Origin: Podarcis tiliguerta
Taxonomy: Eukaryota
Direction: 5' to 3' (one strand)
NCBI GenBank assembly: GCA_965153285.1
Contig: OZ229115.1
DNA: 64,000 nucleotides
Below are positions 39,005 through 50,120 of the stretch, piece after piece; within the stretch, counting starts at the first letter, position 1, and every line of letters begins with the position of its first letter. The position numbers were made by a program, and so were the translations under genes. The notes beneath the pieces were generated by a model. The model was not told where the DNA came from. It made no database searches and was given only the letters and a program-made list of their open reading frames with translations.

Positions 39005-42000
39005 GTACACATCATCCCGTAGCTTTACTTGGAAGCATATCATGTTGGCTACTTCTAGAACTTGCTGGGTTGCAAGCCTGGTCAAGAAAGGCTGGCGACT
39101 TGTTAGTTGATTAAAGGCTCAAATTCTCTCTGGATCTTGCTACATTCTTAGTTTCAATTTGTAGGCACCTGTTCCAAATGAGAATGGTGTCTCAAATGGC
39201 CGCTATTTGCTAGGAGCTGGACAAGGTAGAAGCAGCGTTGGTGGGGGAAACTATTGATCATTACCTACTGACAGAGAGCCTTCTCAAGGGCTGATTCAAA
39301 CCTATCTGGGAAAGAGATTGCATGCTTTGGTGAGAAAAGAAAAAGGGGCCATATGAGTGGGTTGCTGCTGTTTGGAAATATAATTTCTCAATTTCATTTC
39401 CTGGTCAGACAGAGTGCCCTGCTCAGAAATGAAACTCAAGATACCCAATACTTTCCATAACACATTGCTTAAATGTTTATTGTGAACTTATGCTTCAAGG
39501 AAACAAGAACAATTAAAATTTATCTACTTGAGGTGGAACTCTGCTGAAAGCAATCTTAAAGTTTGAGCTATCCAAGTCTGACCTTCAAAAGTTTTGGGCA
39601 GACTGAAATGACTGGGTCCACAACCTAGCAGAAAATTAAGCACACTTAAGCCAGTTGTTGTTGATGTCCTTAAGGACATTCATATATATTTTCTCCAGTT
39701 GCTTGATATACATGTTGGCTCAACAGAAAGAACAAACCTGTTTTTATTATAGACATTTTTACATTTGATTTCTTATTAGTAGTTTCCCACACACAAAATG
39801 TATCTGGATAAAAGGCAAGTGAATTTCATCTTGAAAAACAAATTAAATCCTATCCCAGTTGTTCATGTACCTTTTCATAAATGATCAAAGGTGCCACTAT
39901 TTTTCTGATTTAATTACCAAAACAAATCTTTCCCCATAGTAATGTAATTGCTCTTTTTTGTAGGACAATTACAGGGATGGTCTTTCCATTCAATTCACAT
40001 TTATCAACAACTGTAGGTATTTCTTTAAGGTCAAACGAAAATGTTGAAGGCTGCAATCCTATGGAAACGTACCTAGTATTAAGCTCCATAGAACTCAGTG
40101 GGTTTTACAGCTGAGCTGGCATGCATAGGATTGCTCTGAAAAATACAGAAGGACACCCTTAGATAAGTTAATCCGGTGCATTTATTTGAATTTAAATCCT
40201 TTTGAACAAAGGCTGTGTACACACACCCATTTATCCTACATCCAGTGCTCTCCCACTGCTTGCTTCGGACGTTGTGTACACAAAACAATAGTCAAATTCC
40301 ACATCTTTCGTATCCAGGGCTCTCTTTTTTGTGTGACAGTACTCACTAGTACAGAATACCAGCACTTCTTTTTTTGCTGCCCATGGCAGCCATTTGTTCT
40401 GACACTCACAGCACTTTTATCAATATATGAGTACTGGCACATAATTTTGTTTTTTACCAAAATAAGAAAATCACTGCCTGTATATATTCTGTCATTCCCT
40501 GTGAAACACAGTGTTTTGATGCATTCCCCCTCCCCCAATAGCTTTCATCTGAATCAAGAAAAAGAACGTCCTGGCTACATATTAAGCTAGTCATGTATAC
40601 ATAACCCTTGTACAGCGTTCCAAGTTTGTATGCAATATTTTTTATCAGGATTTTTATAAAGGTAATACAAAAGCATACCAAGAACAAGGCAAAAATTAAA
40701 CAGTAAAGAAAGGTCAAACCAGATAGCACCAGGATGGATACCGAAAGTAACCAGTGGGGAAAAATATATCAGGTATACCGTATATTACATAAATTAATCA
40801 CTTTTTTTAAACCTGCATGGAAAAACAAACGCATTGGCTTCCAAATTAACAAACATAAGATCAGGCTGTTAGAGGTGAAATAAAATTCCCTATGCAAATA
40901 ATAGCAACCACAGAGGTCTATGTTGTAGAAGAGATATTTTGTTCCCAGAGATTATACAAGTCTAGCTAATTTCCACTGGCAGTCTAAAAATCAAAACCTG
41001 AAAATCAAGAGTGTTGCCAGGCCAATTTCAGAAGGATTAAACATTATGTTGTATGATTAGTATGTCCTATAAATTATATCTAGCAGATTATTTATTAGGA
41101 AAGTATTAGCAATAGAAGCCAAAGCCATGTTTCTGATAAGATGTGTCCCAGTGGAAAATTTGAATTTCCCACCACTGCTGTGGCTGCCCACCAAACCCAC
41201 CACCTCAGTAATTTTCACCAAATTGGATCGTTTTGGGCTCTTGAATTTAGTCAATTTCATGTATCACGTAGCACTTTTAGACGGCGAAGAGGCAACCATG
41301 TCAACAGCGGTATAACGGAAGCAAAGGGCAAGTATATTTTCCCCTTGCCTCAACGGAACAGTTTATCCGTGAGACGTATATGTGTCGTCATTTTTCAGAC
41401 AACCACAAGCAAAGGTGGTCTCAAGTTCAACAATTTCCAGTTCCGTTCCAAGTCCCTGTCCAACAGTTTGTGGGCGAGGTGCAGTGGGGACTCAGGCATG
41501 CAGGATCACTTTGAGAACAGCATGGCAGGCTAGATGGGCCATTGGCCTAATCTGGCAGGGCTTTGCACACACTTTTCTCTCTTAAAGTCACACCTACAAG
41601 CCAAACCAGTGAATCAAGACCAGTCAGAGCTGATTTGGATTTGGATCAGCTGATGAAATGGGTTGTGAACTTGCCTGAGTTCTGAATTTTCCCACCTCAA
41701 CATTTATTTTTTATTTATTTTTTACTGATTATAAGTTCAGACCTGGGTGGTGCATACTATGAAAGGAACATGCTGTTAGCTCTCCTTCTCTCATATAACA
41801 TTTGGGCAGGTGGCTTTGCAATTAATTTGGATAATATACCTGAATGGAAGGGAGAGAGGAGTTTCCCTCTTTGCTATTGGGTTCTGTTGGGAGAATGTCA
41901 GGTCCCTACAGACGACTAGATTAAGGAACAGATAACACTTAAGCTTCCTGCTTTATTCTCCTTACTTAGCACAGCATGTTTTTCTAGGGAGTCTTGTCTC

Positions 42001-42695
42001 TCAGTCTCTTTACAACACTGTCTCTGATCTCTTTTCCTCAGTATCCTGCTGTGTCAAGGGAGTGCGAGAGAACTCTCCCTGAACTCCCCACCTGTTTTAT
42101 GGGATTGAGCTTTGAGGAACAGAGACAGCCATCACGTGATCTGTGTTCCAAGCACTTGAAAGATGCGTTCCACTGTCATTTTCTCCACCAATGCTCCTAA
42201 CTTATATATGAGGGTATATATATTACAAATGGCCACATTTAAGAGCACCCATGCTGTCAGCAATCACATTTTAAAAATGCAGTAGCCACTTTTATAATTT
42301 TCTATTTCAGCAGATGCCTTTTTACTCGAAGCCATTTTTGATGTTTGCATTCTGTTTTTGCTAATATGAAGGTTGGAACCAGATGGTTTGTTTGCAGAAA
42401 AGAAGAGAGACTTAAATTAAACCATGACTAACCTGTCCTATTCATTTTAGCAGGACTTAAGTCCAACTTAGTATGGATTCAACCCATAGTTTTTAAATGA
42501 TTGTTTCTTTTGTTTTATGTTGTTAGGATTGTGCTTAAATTTGTGGTTGCATGGAGGGAGGGAAAGAGAGATGGACAGGGACATGTCACTGTGAATTCGA
42601 TTTTATTACAAAACGTTGGAGTGTACATGCCTAAAAAAATAAAATAAAGTGAAATTACATGTGTTCTGAATTTTATTTGACTCAGTACCCTAAAA

Positions 42696-42975
42696 CAGTG
42701 CTGGGGAAACTGTGGCCCTCTAGATCAGTGGTTCTCAACCTGTGGGTCCCCAGATGTTGTTGGACTACAACTCCCATCATCCCTAAGCTCTGGCCTTGCT
42801 AGCTAAGGGTGATGGGAGTTGTAGTTCAACAACATCTGGGGACCCACAGGTTGAGAAAGGCTGCTCTTGATGCTGTTGGACTACAACTCCCATCATCCTT
42901 GATCACTGGCCAAGCTGGCTCAGCTTGATGGGAGTTGGAGTCCTCCAATATCTGGAGGGCCACCCCATCCCAGCT
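42696..42975. mobile_element. Palindromic hAT MITE (host of the 42726-42863 insertion)
   Basis: CAGTGCTGGGGAAACTGTGGCCCTCTAGAT [insert] GCTGTTGGACTACAACTCCCATCA...TGATGGGAGTTGGAGTCC..ATCTGGAGGGCCAC; right end approximate. Confidence 0.8.
42726..42863. mobile_element. Palindromic hAT MITE with SPIN-like left terminus, nested
   Basis: CAGTGGTTCTCAACCTGTGGGTCCCCAGATG / CATCTGGGGACCCACAGGTTGAGAAAGGCTG; TSD CTCTAGAT (42718-42725) / CTCTTGAT (42864-42871). Confidence 0.9.
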
Positions 42976-44276
42976 TTAAGGCCTATGCAACAGCATCCTT
43001 CCTGGCATGACTATAGCCACACACAGGCAGAGAGATCACAACAATGCCCAATATTCTCATCCACCCTTATTCTTCCTTCTCATGAGTGCATGAGCAGTAC
43101 ATGGACTGGGAGGCCAGTGCACTTTTCTGTCCAGGACTTTAGTTGATCTTAAAACCAAGAGGGAGGAGGCCCATAACGATTCAAAAGATAATTCGTACAC
43201 AATTTTCTACTGAATAGAATACTAATATTTTCTTTGCCTTAACACTGAAAACTAACAGAACTTCCCTCCAAACTAAATGAATCGCCAATGAATCTGATAA
43301 GAATCCAAATGCACACAAGCGTGCACTCAGATGTGGGTGGGTGGTGGAACAACCTTTTCCTGTACTTGAATAACTGAAAATATGAACCAAGACAGAATTT
43401 CATGTGCTCCTTCAGTTTATCAGCTTATCAGGTGCTGAGAGGGAGCCACAGTGGAAACTTCAAAAAATAAACAACACACACATATAGGGCAATTCCTTTA
43501 TCAGGTCAATCAAAGTGTCGCAAAATTGTGTGCAAGCTATCAAATTCTCCACTGTAAACAAAGCTGAAGTGAAAAGAGAGAGAAAATCTTGGCAAATGAT
43601 TGCACCTTGATGCACCTTTGCTAACATAAATACTGTCTGGTGTCCCTTTATTCCTGGTTTCCACCCATCGAGGAACCTGTGTCTTTCACCGAAGGATGGA
43701 GACAGGCTAGGGAATCCCTCCCCCCCCCCCCGTTCAACCAAATTTATGCTTATTGTTCACCGCAACACTTGTTACAACTTGATGCCTCCAAAGCATCTAA
43801 AGGGCCTCATTTGAATGTGTGCTACCTTCTCCCAAATTCTGTATTGGGAATCTCACCAGATGCAGATCCAACCAGGAACCAAGGGGCGAGGACGTCCAAT
43901 CATGGGCAGGGAAGTCCAGATGCAATCACTCCTCAGCATCACTGGCAGTATGAAGATCTGCTGGGGGTGGTCCTGCTTCCCTTGCTCCTCATCTGAGGAG
44001 ACCTCAAGTTTGAGGTCTAGGAGGACTCAATCCTAGGAGATGGTGAGGGGTTGGGGGCACTCTTCCAAACTATTTGCCAGCACTGCATTCAGTTGTCCAG
44101 CTTTAAGTTACAGTCTATTAAGCATAAGTTAAATCCCTGCTCCCTACTTATATTCTTTGTTATCACATTACTTGCCTAAACTAGTCGTCCCCCCACCACC
44201 ACCACCACCAAGTTCAAAATGTTTAGCTCTAATGTTTTCAAAGGACCTGGTTCAAATTCAATATTTGAGATACGTG

Positions 44277-44413
44277 CAGTGCTTTTTTTCCAGATAAAGA
44301 GGTGCCCGAACTCACCATGAAGACCTCCCTTGTTCTCTTATAATGGCAATGGTGTCCATCTGAGAGGTGCCGGAACTAAGTTCCGTTGAGTTCCAACTAA
44401 AAAAAAAGCCCTG
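44277..44413. mobile_element. hAT-like MITE with poly-T/poly-A TIR
   Basis: CAGTGCTTTTTTT / AAAAAAAAAGCCCTG; internal repeat GAGGTGCC.GAACT twice; TSD GATACGTG / GGTATGTG (6/8). A related left end lies at 54231. Confidence 0.75.
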
Positions 44414-47400
44414 GGTATGTGGAACTGACATACAAAAGTGACATAAATGTTGTACCAAAGAGCATAACTTTGTGCTCATCCACATTTATCTTCTTCCCCG
44501 CAGAAACCTGCGCTTTCCTGGTTCGTGTTTGAGTGCTCCTCCCTACTTTCCCCAGGAAAACACAATATTTAATGCAGAAGCAGAACCAACAGCAACCTGG
44601 GTTTTCTATGGATTGCTGTTTGCTCCAATTCAAGGATAAAGAGTGGGTTTTCATGGGGAAAGTATCAGGGGCAAGGGCTGGGAGCAGACCCATGCCTAGA
44701 AATGCAGAACAAAGGTAAGTGTTGATGAGCCCATAGTTATATATATTGTTTTTTGTATGTTTATTTTTAATTTTTAACTTATCAAACACATAATCCCAGA
44801 GCAGGGTACTTAAAATTTAAAATCAAACTAAAAACACAACAATTCCAATGAAAGCATTTAAATGATAAAATCACCCAATCTAATCTCTACTCAAAATCCA
44901 GTAGCAGAATGTGTCAAAAACTCCATATGATTTATAGCCTCGCTAAAGAGGTCCGTTTTTAGCTGGCACTGAAAACCTATTAACGATGGCACCAGCCGGA
45001 TTTCAAGAGGGAGGCATCAAACATTTTAAAAAGAACACATGGGGTGGATCCAGACTTTGCTCCTGCTGGGGAAGGAGAAGCAGCTTTCACGGACTCCCCC
45101 TCCTGCCCCACGTAGGCCCTGAGCGCCACCTCCCACACCGTTACTGAAGGCTGGGGGACTTTCCACAACAGTGTGGGAGGTAGCGCATAAGGGAACATGG
45201 GGAGGGGGAACTGGGAAAATTCATGTCCGTCAGCAAGATCCCTCTAGTGTATCAAAAGCCTTCTGTGGACAGTAGGAGACCCTCTGCCCACAAAGGGTAA
45301 AATATGGATTCAGTACAATATCTTTTAAGCAGGCATATCATACATTCAAGAGGGAGGAAAATCTTAAATAATGTGCTGTTTTCCCACTTATTTTTATTAC
45401 ACCAAGGCTAAGCCCTGTCTCTCTTAAAACAAGACACATCTCAGTATTACAGAACAAGTAACTTCACTGTTTATGTGTGCTTCAGAAGGAAAACACGTTA
45501 CTGAAACTTACTTTGCAGATACCAGATTTAGCACATCGGTTATTTTTCTGTAAATCTTTGTACTCTGGGCTTTCAAACAATACAGGAACTGCGTGAGTCA
45601 GAGCTTAGTAAGTGCCTTAACATGGTGTCCACATAAGGTATGTGGGAGGAGGGCTGGGTATTATGACATATATTAATAAACCTCAGCACGTAACAGACAA
45701 CAACCGTGGCATTCACCGCTTAAATGTATATGTTGCTGAGGTGAGGAATCAGAACTATAGAACAGCATGGTGATGCAGAGGTGAGGAATCACAACTGCAA
45801 AACAGCAAGAGGGTACAGAAGGGTCAATGTGCAAGCTTTTGCTGAGTTGAAGCCACGGGGAAATATTTCTACTGAATGTTAGAAATTCCTATGGGCACTG
45901 GAATCCCCAGATGAGTTGTCAACTGCAGATTATTCAAGAGGTAGATATTAATCAAGACTACAAACCTATTTCCCAGTGGAGGGTGGCCAATTAGGGCAAA
46001 GGGGACACGTAACATACACACATTTTGCAAGTCCTGGGAGATTTGGCATTAACTGTGTCAGGTGGGTATCTGGATGTAGGTTGGGGCACAGAGATACCCT
46101 TCTCTGTAGGCACACTTTTGGAACTCTCTTCAGAGGGAGGTCCATCTTCCCCACTTCTTAATAGTCTTATCACCACCATGTTAAAGACCCTCCTTTTCTG
46201 GAAGGTGCTTGCCTTGCTATGATGGGGAAGGGGCAGACAAAGGGGTCAGGTCTTCTCCCCCTTTAATACCTTGTCATGTCCTTTATTATGCACACTACAG
46301 CTGCTGAAAGCCAATCTTCTACATAACTATTAAAGATACAGGAGCCTTGTCCTCTTTTACATCTGCCCACTCAAAATGATGGTAGTTTTCTTGGCTCTTG
46401 TACTGCATTTCTTCAGTTTCATTTAGTTGCTGCTTTTAAGCGTGTAAATGATTTTGAAGACTTGATATATACACCCACAGGAAACTATTGAGTTGGCAAT
46501 AATTGGTATGGGGCGGGTTTTACTAGCAAAAAAAATAATAATCATCTGGCCAAAGAACTCATTTGCCCTTTGCACAACCAGGCTGTGTGTATGTGAAAAC
46601 ACAAGAACATCTCGTTTCAATTTGGCTTTGAACATCTGTGCTTCACAACAGACCTTCAGAGATTCTAACATTTGCTGAACATCATTGAATTACTAGAGCA
46701 GGTTATATAAAACATCTCACTTTTAAAACCCAGGCCAACGTTGTATGGCTGGCAGTTAGGAAATCTGCCTCCATTTGGAGTCAGAAACCCAAAACTGAGA
46801 GGCCTGGTTACAGCATTGCCAGGTTCAAGTTGCCTGAAATGACAAGAGAGTCTGTTTTGGGGGGGGTGTTTTTTTTAAAAAAAGAAAAGCAAGAAAAAGA
46901 AAAATTCTGAGCGAGACAATGCATTTAGTCAAATAAATAACTTCATTCCCAGGGTAGAATGGATTTTGTCAAAAGCTTTTCTTCATTCTGTCAAAAATGA
47001 AAAAAGAGTGAGCAGCCCTTTCATTCTGTCAGCACAATGGTATTTGTTCAGGTTTCTTGCTTCATTCTGTGTAAAAAATGCAGTTGTCAAGCCCCATGCA
47101 GTGAACTGCACCTCTCTCCGCTAGCGCAACAGCAGCCAGACCCCTGCTTCCTTCTGGGGGAAAGAAAAGGGTTTTCCTTCTTGATCTGAGCACAGTTACC
47201 TCAGGTTGGCCGTTTGCTGATGTGCAGGGCAAAAGCATTCAAAGGACATACAAGAAAACAGCAAGGATATGTATCCTGGGTTCCCTAAACAACAACAACA
47301 ACAACAACTGTTTAAAAAAATGATATGGTGATCATATTGACAACAACAACAATACTGTAGTTTTGAGCTGACCTCTCAAGCTTCTATAAAGTGCTTTGTC

Positions 47401-47702
47401 TTTCTCCAGGAAACACTGGAGTATGTGATTGCAAAGGCAACCTTCCGTAAACATCTAGCTATAAACTTTTGGATTAAACAACGAAAGAGTTCCAGTGAAA
47501 AGGATTTGTGTTAGATAAATAACAATTCAGCAACATCCTTTAAATGGAATGATGGGCCATCACAGCCTCTTGAGCTGAATTAGGCCTAATTTAGAAGTGA
47601 TGCTGGGTGTGTAAAATAAAGTTACCAACATGAGATCACACTGACACCTACTTGCTGGTTTCTGCACACATAAGACTTGTTTGAACAAGGTTGGGACTAG
47701 AT

Positions 47703-47850
47703 AGAGAGGCCATAGCCCAGTGGTACAACATTAAACTGTTCCCCAGTTCAATCCCTAACATCTTTTGGCAGAGTTGGGAAAGTTGGAGACACTAGAGAGT
47801 CACTGGCAATAACTCTGGACAAGACTAAGCTAGATGGACCAATGGTCTGA
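47703..47850 (+). mobile_element. tRNA-derived SINE (Squam3-like), 3' end cut by an L2 tail
   Basis: GGCCATAGCCCAGTGGTA..CAGTTCAATCCCT..GCTAGATGGACCAATGGTCTGA, then abruptly the (AAT)n tail of the L2 fragment. Confidence 0.7.
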
Positions 47851-47851
47851 A

Positions 47852-47852
<1 letters not shown>

Positions 47853-47896
<44 letters not shown>

Positions 47897-48541
47897 TTAT
47901 TTATACCCCACCCATCTCGCTGGGTTTCCCCAGCCACTCTGGGCGGCTCCCAATTGAATATTAAAAAGACAATACAGCATTAAAGATTAAAAACTTCCCT
48001 AAACAGGCTGCCTTCAGATGTCTTTTAAAAGTAAGCTCCAGTGGTGCCTCGCAAGACGAAAAGAATCCGTCCCGCGAGTCTCCTTGTCTTGCGGTTTTTT
48101 TCGTCTTGCGAAGCAAGCCCATTAGCGGATTAGCGCTATTAGCGGTTTAGCGGCTATTAGCGGCTATTAGCGGCTATTAAAGGCTTAAGGGATTAGCGGA
48201 TTAGCTGCTAAAAGGCTATTAGCTGCTTAGATCAGCTGATAAGCGGCTTAGATCAGCTGTTAAGCAGCTTAGCGAACAGCTGTTAAGCGGCTTAGGGGCT
48301 TGGGAAAAGGGGGGGAGGGGAAAAAACCCCAGGAATCGCAAGACATTTTCGTCTTGCGAAGCAAGCCCATAGCAAATTCGTTTTGCGAAGCACCTCCAAA
48401 ACGGAAAACCCATTCGTCTAGCGGGTTTTCCGTCTTGCGAGGCATTCGTCTTGCGGGGCACCACTGTAGTTGCTTATTTCCTTGACATCTGATGGGAGGG
48501 CGTTCCACAGGGCAGGCACCACTATTGAGAAGGCCCTCTGA
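47853..48541 (-). mobile_element. L2-clade LINE 3' fragment, split by a Tc1/mariner MITE
   Basis: Reverse complement is homologous to about 38168-38417 (ALWNALPSDVK); (AAT)n tail at 47853-47895; MITE inserted at 48039-48466. Confidence 0.88.
48039..48466. mobile_element. Tc1/mariner MITE with internal minisatellite, nested in L2
   Basis: TIR CAGTGGTGCCTCGCAAGACGAA / TTCGTCTTGCGGGGCACCACTG followed by TA; repeated TCGTCTTGCG motif; roughly 10-bp TTAGCGGCTA array at 48121-48295. Confidence 0.9.
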
Positions 48542-49754
48542 AAAAGCAGCTTTCTATGTAAGCTCCCCTTCAGTGGATTATTTATTTTGCATGTCCAGCA
48601 TGCCATATAAACCAGACCTCACTGTCAGGTGGTAGGAGTTTGAATCTAGGAACATCTCTAGAGGACATCGCAATGGTTACTCTTGATCTAAGAAACAAGA
48701 GAGTAAAAATTCAGTGGTAGCACCGTGAAAGATATCCAACACTCTTGAGTTACCCTTGATTTAGTCTTCTTGGAGGAGTCAGCATAGGGACAATTCCTAT
48801 ATTTTAATTTTCATCACTTCCTTGACATATATAAAATAATTGAGAACGTTGTCTTGTATCCTAAATTCCCCCCTGTAAGAGGAAGGGCTCTTTCCATTCA
48901 TGGCAGGGTCTATGATTCACTGGAGGCTCCTGCTGGCAGAAGGGAGTGAGGTGATTTTCATCAATTCCCACTCCTATTTACAGCCCACCTCCCCACATTC
49001 CAGCTCCCATTGTGCTCCAGAGGCAAAAATCACATCCCACTTCTTCTATCAGCAGACACATTCTGTGGGTGGAGCTCCAGATGTTGTTGAACCCCAACTC
49101 CCATCAGTCCTAGTCTCCATGGCCTGTGGTCAGGGCTGATGTAGTCTAGTAGCTCTGGAGTGTCATAGGTTTTCCACCCCTGGGATACAGAGAAAGGATC
49201 GCTTAAAAATAAAACTCTTTTTGGTTCTATTCATTTGTTCTTTTGATGTATACAATCGGGTATCAAGTCTTCCTTCATATTCCTTTCTCTGCTCTCTCTT
49301 CTCAGTAGGTCTGCTCATTTCCTGAAAAATAATTTGTTAACACTTAGCTTTGGGTTTCCTTCCTTATATCACATTCTCTTGTTATTGACAATGCAGTTAC
49401 TGCTTGATCTTCTCCTCAAGCTTAACATCATGGTATACTTTGATTCTTCCATTTCCACTGCCCCACATGCTCATTTCCTCTCTCAACCTTGCTATTTTCA
49501 GCTTGTCAATATAGTTTCTATTCCTACCCCCTGCCACCATAACTAAATTCATTTCCCACACTGATAAGCTTTCTTTTCTTTTCTTTTTTTGTAACTACCT
49601 GTGTCTACACATGAGCCTTTCCATTTATGGCATATATGCTGCTGCACCACCATTTAGATTTTTTAAAATTCATTTTTGAAACTTGTTATTTCAGGCACAC
49701 TACCACTGAATTCAACCACTGACTTGGTCTAAAAATGCAACACAGGCCCCACAC

Positions 49755-50120
49755 ACAGGCATGCAAGCCTGGGTGGTGTGTATGGAGGTCCTGGACTACC
49801 CAGATGACAAAACGGATGTGATCCAAAGGAAAGCAGAGCAATACATTTGGCACCAGCTTGGCTGCAGGAATTGCCAGAACGAGGCACTCAATATGCCATC
49901 TAACTGCCTTATGGACCCCACTCCAGATTTGTGTAGAGTTTACTCCTTAGCCTTTTCTTCTTTTGAAGATGTCCCACAAGGCAGCAGGTACAGATTTTTC
50001 CTCAGGGTTTACCTCTGAAGCCTTTCTCATGAATGAGTGTAGCCGCAACGCAGTGGAAGTTTCGGATCAGAGTTTTCCTTCTCCTAGATGAGCTACCTTC
50101 CCAGGTTGAGGAGCCCCATA
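49755..50120 (-). mobile_element. Probable RTE-clade LINE 5' UTR fragment (not BovB)
   Basis: Minus-strand motif CATCTAGGAGAAGGAAAACTCTGAT, which I recall from RTE 5' regions; internal degenerate direct repeat. 18265-18400 may be another part of the same family. Confidence 0.45.

Noticed and set aside
27095-44001. A single large LTR retrotransposon bounded by the two similar segments
   Set aside because: The two segments are too diverged and short, with no PBS, PPT, TSD or gag/pol sequence between them.
48121-48295. Short repeated units resembling a CRISPR or telomere-like array
   Set aside because: No unique spacers and not TTAGGG; it is a minisatellite inside a TIR-bounded MITE in vertebrate DNA.
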